From contig WAKA01000232.1 of NCBI GenBank assembly GCA_015523565.1, positions 1 through 64,000 of the forward strand: a stretch of 64,000 nt of DNA, in the 5' to 3' direction. Position numbers and translations under genes: made by a program. The notes beneath the pieces are model-generated. The model did no database searches, was not told the origin of the DNA, and worked only from the letters and a program-made list of their open reading frames with translations. Each line of letters opens with the position of its first letter. Position 1 is the first letter of the stretch. Positions 49,037-57,758 of this stretch are shown in pieces. The stretch comes from Candidatus Heimdallarchaeota archaeon (GTDB taxonomy: Archaea > Asgardarchaeota > Heimdallarchaeia > Heimdallarchaeales > Kariarchaeaceae).

Positions 49037-49245
49037 GATTTCACCTCAAAGTGGTTATCGAATATTCAATATTGCGTTTATAAACAAATTGCTATCCTTT
49101 TGTAATGCATAATCAAATAATTTATGATTCTGTCCAATTTTCAATAAAAATAGCAATTTGCCTTAATGTTGTGTGAATCAAAAACACGAAACTATTTTAT
49201 CAATCAAAATATTGTTCAAATGCAATCTTTACTATATTAAAATTA

Positions 49246-49638
49246 TCATGTTACTATTAATGTTCCCCAATGATCTGAATGACCAACTCCACAGAATATG
49301 TCACAATAGAAAATAAAGCTCCCTCGCTTGTCTGCAACAAAAGAGACTTTGGTTTCCTCCCCATTTTGAATTTGTACATCATGGATATTGTATTCATCAA
49401 TATGAAACCCATGGATAACATCCTCTGATGTCAAAATGAATGTTACCTTTGCCCCATAGGGGACTGTCACGTTCTGGGGTTCATATTCAAATTGTCTTGC
49501 AACCATTCTTATGACAATTTCATTTTGATTTAGTTTCTTTGGCTGATTTTGAGCATAATATCCAATATAAAAAATAGAGCCAAGAAATATTACTCCAAAA
49601 ATTGAAATCATTATTGCCGATTTTGAATTGACTTGCAT
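49246..49638 (-). CDS. Small membrane-anchored cupredoxin with a CuA-like site (second subunit-II-like protein)
   Basis: One TM; DVIHGF ... CDIFCGVGHSDH, with His in the axial Met position. Confidence 0.85.
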   Translation of the reverse strand: MQVNSKSAIMISIFGVIFLGSIFYIGYYAQNQPKKLNQNEIVIRMVARQFEYEPQNVTVPYGAKVTFILTSEDVIHGFHIDEYNIHDVQIQNGEETKVSFVADKRGSFIFYCDIFCGVGHSDHWGTLIVT

Positions 49639-49646
49639 GTTATCCC

Positions 49647-50495
49647 TCAGATTTCATGAAGAACTGTAAATAGGTAGAATATTAAGAGTCCTATTGTGGT
49701 AGTTTCATTAATTGTTTTCAAATGGTTCTTCGATTCAAAAGAAGAAAACAGATGGATTAGGACATATACTATTGAAATCATTGTTACCGTATAGAAGTAA
49801 ACAATGTATCCTCCAAATAAATTGATGTTATAATATCCTGCAGGTACTCCAAATAAAATCGGAATCCCTGCAACCAATCCATAAACAAACCCCTGACTTT
49901 CATTTTTTTCTTCCCAGTTAATTAAAATGCCTCCCAAATATCCCTCAACAAGTTTATGAAATACAAAACTCAATCCTGGCAAAAATCTTATGACATCTGG
50001 TTCTGGCAACAGAAAATTTGATCCCATTATTATTCCTTCAGCAATGCTGTGAATTCCAACCCCAAATATCCATATCCAATGGATTGGAATTCTTTTTCCA
50101 TCATTGGTCCTAACAAGAAGAAGTAATCCTCCAAAAAAGATTATTGGCAATAAAACCCTTTTTGCAATATCTGTAGAATTTAATCCTATAAAACTTGAAA
50201 GAGAACCAAAATCATAAAACAGAAATAAAAGAAATCCTGTTCCTATTCCCTTCAATACAATATCTGGATTATCGCCCAATAATTTCCTGAAAACTCCTTT
50301 TTTGACTATGAAATAGGGGATAATAAAACCAAACATTATGGGTAATACACCCGTTGCAACAGCTGTAACCATTGCAAACCAGATGGGAAATGAAGGTTCT
50401 GATGGCGTTTCATGCGGAATATCTCCATGACCTAAAACTGGTACAACTGCTAACAATGCAATTGACAGAAATAAACAAGTTATTTCTTTTTTCAT
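49647..50495 (-). CDS. ZIP-family divalent metal transporter-like protein
   Basis: GIHSIAEG and FHKLVEG helix motifs; signal peptide followed by HGDIPHE. Confidence 0.75.
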   Translation of the reverse strand: MKKEITCLFLSIALLAVVPVLGHGDIPHETPSEPSFPIWFAMVTAVATGVLPIMFGFIIPYFIVKKGVFRKLLGDNPDIVLKGIGTGFLLFLFYDFGSLSSFIGLNSTDIAKRVLLPIIFFGGLLLLVRTNDGKRIPIHWIWIFGVGIHSIAEGIIMGSNFLLPEPDVIRFLPGLSFVFHKLVEGYLGGILINWEEKNESQGFVYGLVAGIPILFGVPAGYYNINLFGGYIVYFYTVTMISIVYVLIHLFSSFESKNHLKTINETTTIGLLIFYLFTVLHEI

Positions 50496-50596
50496 GTTTC
50501 ACCTTTTCAAACAAAAAATATGAACATTACATATCAAAATGATATTAAATTGGTGCAGTCAATAACATTTTAATTTTTGAGTTCTTAACAAACTCA

Positions 50597-52141
50597 ATGA
50601 ATAAGTCAATTCTTTTGTTGCTCCTGATTTGTGTCTCTCTTGTTCCAAGTATCCATGCAAAGCCTATTCATTCACAAAAGAATTTACAGCTTGAAAGCGA
50701 TCAATATAGGCCAAATATTATCAAAGAAATAATTGGCAATATTACTTCTTTCCAAGTTAATTTTTCGTCAAATAGTGTCATTGACAATTATGACCTTCCC
50801 ACAAATGAAACTGTTTTTGATGTTCTTCCAATAAATGCAACTCATGTATGGTTTACAATTTTAGACAAGAACTCACTTTTTCTTCTCGATACCGCGAAAA
50901 AAGTTGTTTGGCAATATTCTTTCTCTAACAAGGTTTATCCTTTTAAAATTAAAAATGACAGTGATGGAAATATTTGGTTTACAGACTATGTATATTCTTT
51001 TCAGGACGAAAATACAAGCTTATGCATATTTTCTCCAACTAATCTTACTCTCACGATTTTTGAAATCAAGGAGAAGAATGTTGCTCCATTTGACTTATAC
51101 GTATCACCGACAAAAATATGGTACAGTCAATGGCTTGGAAATAAGATTGCCTATTTGGATTTGTTTTCCAAGAATTTTACTGAAATAGATATTTCATGTC
51201 AAGAAACTTGTGGACCATTGGGCATAGTCGAAAACAATGATGGATCTATCTGGTTTGTAGAATCTTATACTGACAATATCGTAAAATATGACCCACAGAG
51301 CAAATTGATTGTTAAATATCCCTTGGGTGAGGATTTTGTTGCTCCTGTTGGATTGGCAGTCGATTCAAATGGAAACTTTTGGACTGGTGCACATGGTGGA
51401 GATGCCATTGTGGAATTCTTCCCGCAAAATTCGAGTGCAAAAGGATATTATGTTCCCAAACCTCGGGAAGAAATAAAAATACGCCTTGCTGGAATAAACG
51501 ACCTGCATTTTGATACAAAAGGGAATCTTTGGGCAATTGAGCATTTCAAGGATTCTGTTGCTTATCTAGACATGAATTCTGGAACTATCATGGAATACAT
51601 TACTGATGGAATCGAACCAAATATACAGTTTGGAAAGCCTTGGCTTGATGATTTCTGGTTTGCACAATATAATTATGGACGTCTTTCCCATATCAAAAAT
51701 GAATCCAAATTTATTTTTAAAGTTGAAGTCCCACAATACGTATTTGAAATTGCTAAGGCTTCTTCTTTAAATATAAATTTCAAGGTTACATATGTTTCTG
51801 GACCATTAGATAAACTCAATCTTGAACCATTCGGAGCAGTTGTAAAAAGCGAACGATTCTCATATAAGGCAGGTCACTCCAATACAATAAAAATTGGTGA
51901 AACTGTCGAATTCAACATAAAAGTTACAGTAGACAATAATGCAAAAGTCCAAGAATATCAATACTTAATTGGTGTACAAAATCAATTGGTAAGGGCATTC
52001 CATACGATAAAATTCATTGTACATGAAAACTTCTTCCAAGCTGTTTTTTTGGATACCATTGTTGGTTATATTGCCTTTTTCATCTATGTTGCATACAAGC
52101 GAAAGATATGGCATAAATTTATGAGATTTGACTCCAATTGA
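50597..52141 (+). CDS. Surface Vgb (virginiamycin B lyase)-like beta-propeller with an Ig-like domain and C-terminal TM
   Basis: Repeats of P..I..D.DGN[IF]WF[TV]; signal peptide; C-terminal TM + basic residues. Confidence 0.8.
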   Translation: MNKSILLLLLICVSLVPSIHAKPIHSQKNLQLESDQYRPNIIKEIIGNITSFQVNFSSNSVIDNYDLPTNETVFDVLPINATHVWFTILDKNSLFLLDTAKKVVWQYSFSNKVYPFKIKNDSDGNIWFTDYVYSFQDENTSLCIFSPTNLTLTIFEIKEKNVAPFDLYVSPTKIWYSQWLGNKIAYLDLFSKNFTEIDISCQETCGPLGIVENNDGSIWFVESYTDNIVKYDPQSKLIVKYPLGEDFVAPVGLAVDSNGNFWTGAHGGDAIVEFFPQNSSAKGYYVPKPREEIKIRLAGINDLHFDTKGNLWAIEHFKDSVAYLDMNSGTIMEYITDGIEPNIQFGKPWLDDFWFAQYNYGRLSHIKNESKFIFKVEVPQYVFEIAKASSLNINFKVTYVSGPLDKLNLEPFGAVVKSERFSYKAGHSNTIKIGETVEFNIKVTVDNNAKVQEYQYLIGVQNQLVRAFHTIKFIVHENFFQAVFLDTIVGYIAFFIYVAYKRKIWHKFMRFDSN

Positions 52142-52856
52142 AAAACTTGGAATCCCTCAAACCACGGAAAAACTTAATTCTGAACTTTTCTCGCAAGTCT
52201 GTTGCATTTTCTTCTCTTCTAAGTTCAATTGTACCATCTATTACTGATTCAATTTTTGCTAACAGTGATTCATTGATGACTCCATGATCCAATACCAACA
52301 AACAGCTTTGATTACGTGATGAGACTCTTGCAGAAAGAGTTTGCAAAAAATCTATCAGTGCCCTTTCAGGTGAATATATTGCCAATAAGCTGAACGGGTT
52401 GATCACGATCCTCATGTCTTCAAATTGCTTGGAAATTCTGTTCAAATGAATCGACAGTTCTGTCAAATCTGATACTGTGTCCAAAAAATATGTCCCAGGT
52501 GCCCTGTCCTCTGGAATACCGCTTCTGTAAGAATAAAGATCTATTATTTGGAGTCTCTCATTTAAAATTGCCTCATTTACCGTCATTGTTGCATCATTGG
52601 ATACACTGCTCAATTCTTCAATCACTTGGCTTGCACCTTTATTCAATGTTACAACACAAGCCACTCCTCCATTTTCCATGATTTTGAGCAAAAAATCATC
52701 AATCAGGTATCTTCTTGTAAATGTTATGTCGGAATACAAAGAAATCGTTTTTCCTTTCATGTTTGGGAAAATGTAGTCCATAGAAAATTCTTCTGCCACA
52801 TAAGACAATCTGATAAATGGAAATTTAAGTAATTTCAAATATTTTGGAATAATCAT
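52119..52856 (-). CDS. KaiC/RAD55-like RecA-fold protein lacking Walker A
   Basis: RLQIIDLYS, DLTELS, DGTIELR and RIKFFRG match the family; the P-loop position reads YSDITFTRR. Confidence 0.7.
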   Translation of the reverse strand: MIIPKYLKLLKFPFIRLSYVAEEFSMDYIFPNMKGKTISLYSDITFTRRYLIDDFLLKIMENGGVACVVTLNKGASQVIEELSSVSNDATMTVNEAILNERLQIIDLYSYRSGIPEDRAPGTYFLDTVSDLTELSIHLNRISKQFEDMRIVINPFSLLAIYSPERALIDFLQTLSARVSSRNQSCLLVLDHGVINESLLAKIESVIDGTIELRREENATDLREKFRIKFFRGLRDSKFFNWSQIS

Positions 52857-52912
52857 CTAAATTAAAAGAAACCTTTTCCCATTCAAGGCATTAAGCAAGG
52901 ATTGAAAATACC

Positions 52913-53749
52913 TTGAAATATTATCATAACATGGCCAATCCTTTTGATACATTTCTTACCATTCTTGTTGCAATGCTACCATTTCTTTTTTTTGTGGCAT
53001 TTTTAGTGGTAAATCTCTATGTTGGCAAGAAATATACCAGTAAAAGACGTGAACTTGTCATTGAGCATATGGACAAAATCTTGCCTCATTATTCCAAAGA
53101 ATATAATGCAGTCGACCTAAAGCCAGAAGTGATTGAATTTAGATGTGTGCCCTCACGAAAAGGGATTGGTGTTCAAACCCTTAATTACACAATGATCAAC
53201 CAAACTTTTGGAACAAACGTTCTGTTGAACAAACTGATAAAAGGAAAGGAAAAGCTCTTCATTGGTGTTAAGTTCAGGGAGGGAAACATGAATATTGATC
53301 CCGCCTACCGATTTTATTTTGTTCCATATCGCAATAAAGGACTTATCCGTCGAAATTTCGATACATATGTACAAATGGATGATGTGCCTACTGAACGACC
53401 TGACGTCGATAAGCTATACATGATAAAAGCAAACAGACCAATTGAAATCAAGCATTTTGTCACTAACAAGGATTTTTTGGCAAAAGCAAAATCATTGGAG
53501 CCATACTTGGACTTGTTGTCAATTCAACCCGCCAAAGAAAAAACCGATCCCCATTTGCAAATGACATTTTCATTCAAACAGGATGAACTTGATATGCTTC
53601 CAAAATTCCTTGATTTCTTCTTCCTTGTTGCAAAACTTCATCATGAAAACAATGATACTATCAAAAAGCTGTCCTCATCCAAAAAGGTAAGGCAAGTCTC
53701 ATCAAAAACCAAATCTGCCAAACGGAAAGGAAAATCAAAGAAAAATTAA
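52913..53749 (+). CDS. Single-pass membrane protein, probable CCDC47/DUF1682-like
   Basis: TM helix ending NLYVGKK, followed by an alpha/beta domain whose motif order matches the CCDC47 cytosolic domain by eye; basic C-terminal tail. Confidence 0.5.
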   Translation: MKYYHNMANPFDTFLTILVAMLPFLFFVAFLVVNLYVGKKYTSKRRELVIEHMDKILPHYSKEYNAVDLKPEVIEFRCVPSRKGIGVQTLNYTMINQTFGTNVLLNKLIKGKEKLFIGVKFREGNMNIDPAYRFYFVPYRNKGLIRRNFDTYVQMDDVPTERPDVDKLYMIKANRPIEIKHFVTNKDFLAKAKSLEPYLDLLSIQPAKEKTDPHLQMTFSFKQDELDMLPKFLDFFFLVAKLHHENNDTIKKLSSSKKVRQVSSKTKSAKRKGKSKKN

Positions 53750-55425
53750 GTATGGTAAACTAATTCCACCCTTCTCTCTTCTAATTTCTTGATGCGTCTG
53801 GCTATCTCAGGGATAATGTCTGATGCGATTAGCCCATTTCCGAATTCTTTAGCAACTTCCTCTCCACATAGCCCCATCACGTAACATCCTAAGGCCGCTG
53901 CCATTAAGGGGTCTTTAATTACTGTCGTGAATGCACCAATGGTTCCAGCAAGAACATCTCCAGTTCCTCCCACCGTCATCCCCGGATGTCCTGTCATATT
54001 GTAAATTATCCTATGTCCATCCGTGATTATGTCTGTAGAACCCTTCAATACAAAAATAACCTCAAGGTCTCTTGCCTTTTCCATTAAAAACTGGATTAGT
54101 TCCTCTTTCTCACTTGGAATCTCTTCATGCAACATATGTCTAAGTTCAGCCCTATGGGGTGTCATGATTGCTTTTGTACCATTTAAGAGATTCAAATTGC
54201 CCCTGAAGGCTCTAATGGCATCTGCATCAAGTATCAATTGAATTGGTTCTTCCTTCATGTTCTTTATGAATTCCCTTACAAATTTGTATACTGGCTCCTT
54301 ATTTGAAAGCCCCATTCCCATTACAACGGAATCGTGCCTTTTAATGGCCAATTCCTTGAGAATCTTGATGTTTTTTGGAGAATGGCTCTGTGTTCTTACC
54401 TTAAATAAAAGTAAATCTTTTGTTTGGGATGCTAATATATCCCTTATCTTTTCAGGAATCACTATTCTGACAGTATCAATCCCAACCCGAAGTGCTGCAT
54501 TTCCACTTAAGAGAGGAGCGCCAGTATATTCGTCAGATCCGCCAATCACTAAAAGGCGCCCATTCATCCCTTTGTGGCTCTCTGGATCACGTTTCGGCCA
54601 ATGAGATAAAAATAATCCTGTGTTTGTAAAATATAGGTTTTCTTGAGGAATCCCAATGTCCAAAACTTCAGCCTCAATATTTGCTTTGACATGACCATGT
54701 TTCAGATATTGGAATGTATATGTGTAATTTGGTTGCAATGTTGGACCGTGCCACTCTCCTGTATTTGCATCAAGTCCTGAAGGAAAATCCAAAGCACAAA
54801 GAATCTTTTCTTGATTCTCTCTGAGAATTTCAGCCAATTTCTCCAAATATGAAAAAAATGGCTCTCTCACTTTTGATTTGAGGTTTAGTCCAAAAATTGC
54901 ATCAAGAATGACTTCTGCTTCCATTAGAATATCAACAAACTCGTCTTGATCAATTTGTGTCCACATTTCTTTCATTGGCAAATTTTCAGGAGTTCCCAAC
55001 ACCATCAGTCTGCTATAGACATTCTCCCCTACATTCCATAATGTTTGTTTTTTTGCTTCAGAAAGTTCTTTCCAATGGTCTATCATTCTTTGCATAACTT
55101 CTTTTGCCTCATTGCTCTTCATGCCCCTTGGATCCAGTAAAATCAGGCAAATGTCATGAGTTTGCATAAGCAAGTCAAATACTACTATTCCATCTCCTCC
55201 ATTATTGCCGCCAGAGATCAAAACCACTGAACGCTTGTTTTCAGCAACAATTGAAAAATGATCTGCAACAGCTCTTCCTGCACGTTCCATTAATTCTAAT
55301 GGAGTGATGCCTTTCAGATATTCCATGTACTCTATCCCTTGCATCTCTTCCCGTGAAATCGATTTTCGGGTCGGAAAGGGAAAGTCGAATTTGCTTTCCA
55401 ACATAAGACAATCTAAATATGTCAT
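53746..55425 (-). CDS. nnr: Bifunctional NAD(P)HX epimerase/dehydratase
   Basis: LMERAG, GNNGGDG, DAIFG, DFPSG, SHKG..G, DADA, TPH..E and GGTGDVLAG. Confidence 0.95.
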   Translation of the reverse strand: MTYLDCLMLESKFDFPFPTRKSISREEMQGIEYMEYLKGITPLELMERAGRAVADHFSIVAENKRSVVLISGGNNGGDGIVVFDLLMQTHDICLILLDPRGMKSNEAKEVMQRMIDHWKELSEAKKQTLWNVGENVYSRLMVLGTPENLPMKEMWTQIDQDEFVDILMEAEVILDAIFGLNLKSKVREPFFSYLEKLAEILRENQEKILCALDFPSGLDANTGEWHGPTLQPNYTYTFQYLKHGHVKANIEAEVLDIGIPQENLYFTNTGLFLSHWPKRDPESHKGMNGRLLVIGGSDEYTGAPLLSGNAALRVGIDTVRIVIPEKIRDILASQTKDLLLFKVRTQSHSPKNIKILKELAIKRHDSVVMGMGLSNKEPVYKFVREFIKNMKEEPIQLILDADAIRAFRGNLNLLNGTKAIMTPHRAELRHMLHEEIPSEKEELIQFLMEKARDLEVIFVLKGSTDIITDGHRIIYNMTGHPGMTVGGTGDVLAGTIGAFTTVIKDPLMAAALGCYVMGLCGEEVAKEFGNGLIASDIIPEIARRIKKLEERRVELVYHT

Positions 55426-55685
55426 TCTCTAATTTATTATATTCGTTATAAATCCGCCTTTTTCGGATAACCGATCAAATTATTGTCCCATCCTTGAAGA
55501 TGTTTCCACTTTTTGTTCCATCTTATTTTTATAGGATTATGTACATATATATTCTGTAGAAATATCCAATAAGATTAGGACGTGCTAAAATGGACAATGA
55601 ACTGTTGATCACCACTTATGAGGCACAAACCATGGATATTTCTCTATTTTTCTAAGACCCCATCAATTGATGGAGAGGAGATGCT

Positions 55686-56270
55686 ATGCAGAACAATATG
55701 AGGAAATCTGACCTTCTGCTCAATGAAGTTGTTAACGTTAGGCGTGAATTAAAAGAAGTGCAAGACAAATACAGTCAAACTGTCAGTGAACTTGCTCTTC
55801 TTACTAAAGCCGATCTTGTCCCCAAAATCAAAGGACTTACGAATGGTACATCCCTTAATGCCATTCGCAAGAATACCGAACCTGTTTTTGAAAATATTGA
55901 TTCTTTGTTGTTTTCACTTCAGGAATTGCAGGTGCAAATGGATGAAATTATTCAAAACATGGACGGTTGGGATTTTGCAGAAACAGCCCATATGAAAATA
56001 CTAGAAATATTACGTGCACAAGAATCCATGCAAAATGTATTGAGAAAGGATTTGCAAAATATTGAACAGGAACTCAATGAAAATTATGAGATTGATGACG
56101 AAAAAACCGCAAAAGAGGATGTGCTTCATTCATTGGATGATTTCCTGCTTGATTTCTCAAGATTGCAGGATTATGTCCAGGAATACATTCCAAGAATTGA
56201 GACCCTATTTGATGAAATTGACGATGCATTAAAGACATCGATAAAATACTCTAATACTAGAGCAATTTAA
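55686..56270 (+). CDS. Helical / coiled-coil hypothetical protein
   Basis: Acidic heptad-rich sequence; SD GAGGAG upstream. Confidence 0.7.
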   Translation: MQNNMRKSDLLLNEVVNVRRELKEVQDKYSQTVSELALLTKADLVPKIKGLTNGTSLNAIRKNTEPVFENIDSLLFSLQELQVQMDEIIQNMDGWDFAETAHMKILEILRAQESMQNVLRKDLQNIEQELNENYEIDDEKTAKEDVLHSLDDFLLDFSRLQDYVQEYIPRIETLFDEIDDALKTSIKYSNTRAI

Positions 56271-57708
56271 GATTTTCCTGAATTTTTCTGACAAACGATA
56301 TGCCTTTTTCATTCAAGTAATTACATACTTTTTCATTTTGGCTTTCTGTAAACACTCGCATATTGTCTTCAGTTCCAGACTGCCTCAATAAAATCCATGA
56401 GCCATTGGAAAAGTCAATTCTGATTCCATCCATGGTATGAATTTTCCTGATTTGGAATTCATCCCCAAGATCTGAAACAAAATCATTTAGATGTTTCTCA
56501 ATTTCTCCCATCAATTCAGACGAAACAGCTCTTGAAGATGGAGTTTTCCTCTTGAGCTGATAATATCTTGGAAATTCCTCTGCAAGTTCATCCAATGTTT
56601 TACCTGTACTGTCCATGATGTGTAAAAGAAATATTGTGGTTGCCAAACTGTCTGGATAAAGATTGAAATCCCTGAAAAAATATTTCCCAGTTTCCTCAAA
56701 ACCAAAGACTGCATTTGTCTCACGCATTTTCTGGATAATACGCGGCGCTCCGACTTGACAATATTCAAATTCAACACCAAGTTTTGCCGCCAAATCAGAA
56801 ATTATCGCTGATGTGTTGATGGGAATTACAACAGTCTCTTTTGGATTCGCCTCCCAAAAATACTTTGCAAAAATAGCTCCTATATAATCTCCAGAAAGTA
56901 TTCTCCCTTTGCCAGTAATGTAGATGACTCTGTCTCCATCATAATCCGTAGTAATTCCAAAATCAAAACTTCCTTCACGAAATGCATCCATTGTTGTGTT
57001 TAATGTTTCTGGCTTTGGTTCTGAAGGTCTTGCCTTAATCATTGGATCCATTTCAAAATTAAGATGAACTACTTTGTCAACAAGATTCGTCAATATTTTA
57101 TTCATAGGCTCTCCCATTGGACCAGAAATGGTGTCGACAAGTATCTTGAAATGTTGTTTTTTCAGTTGCAATGTTTCAATCATTGAATCCAAATGAGACA
57201 AATATTCTTCTAAATATCCCGAAACAAAAGATAGGTTTCCCATCCTTTCCCAATTCTGTACCTGATGTCTATCCAACTTGATTTTACCGCGATAATAATC
57301 TCCATTTCCCAATAGCCATATTATCCCATTGTCAGAAGGTGGAAGATGGCTTCCTGTAACAATTATCCCTCCATTATAGCCTTGGGATATCATATATCGG
57401 ATTAATGCAGGAGTGGGAATTCGATCTACAATAAGGGTAATATCCAATCCCTCATATAGAAGCCCTGAAATCAATGAAGTAATCAAAAAATCTGATGTCT
57501 TTCTTGAATCCCTTCCAACAACCATTGTTTTGCTTCCATTGTGTTTCATCCACTGTGCAATTGCTCTTCCAGCGGAAAACGTGAATTCTGGGGTAAAGTC
57601 CCGTTCTACCTTTCCTCGAATCCCTGTTGTCGAGAAATGAAATTCGAGGTCCGATTGTTGTTCCATGTCTTTTGCAATTATTTGCATTAAATAATTCTCG
57701 CGTTTCAA
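56257..57708 (-). CDS. Phosphohexomutase (GlmM / PMM-PGM family)
   Basis: FSTTGIRG, TGSHLP, DYDGDR, GFEETG and RQSGTE. Confidence 0.92.
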   Translation of the reverse strand: MKRENYLMQIIAKDMEQQSDLEFHFSTTGIRGKVERDFTPEFTFSAGRAIAQWMKHNGSKTMVVGRDSRKTSDFLITSLISGLLYEGLDITLIVDRIPTPALIRYMISQGYNGGIIVTGSHLPPSDNGIIWLLGNGDYYRGKIKLDRHQVQNWERMGNLSFVSGYLEEYLSHLDSMIETLQLKKQHFKILVDTISGPMGEPMNKILTNLVDKVVHLNFEMDPMIKARPSEPKPETLNTTMDAFREGSFDFGITTDYDGDRVIYITGKGRILSGDYIGAIFAKYFWEANPKETVVIPINTSAIISDLAAKLGVEFEYCQVGAPRIIQKMRETNAVFGFEETGKYFFRDFNLYPDSLATTIFLLHIMDSTGKTLDELAEEFPRYYQLKRKTPSSRAVSSELMGEIEKHLNDFVSDLGDEFQIRKIHTMDGIRIDFSNGSWILLRQSGTEDNMRVFTESQNEKVCNYLNEKGISFVRKIQENLKLL

Positions 57709-57758
57709 AACCTGTTTGTATCAACAAGAATAAATGAAGAAATGTCAAACAAAATTTA

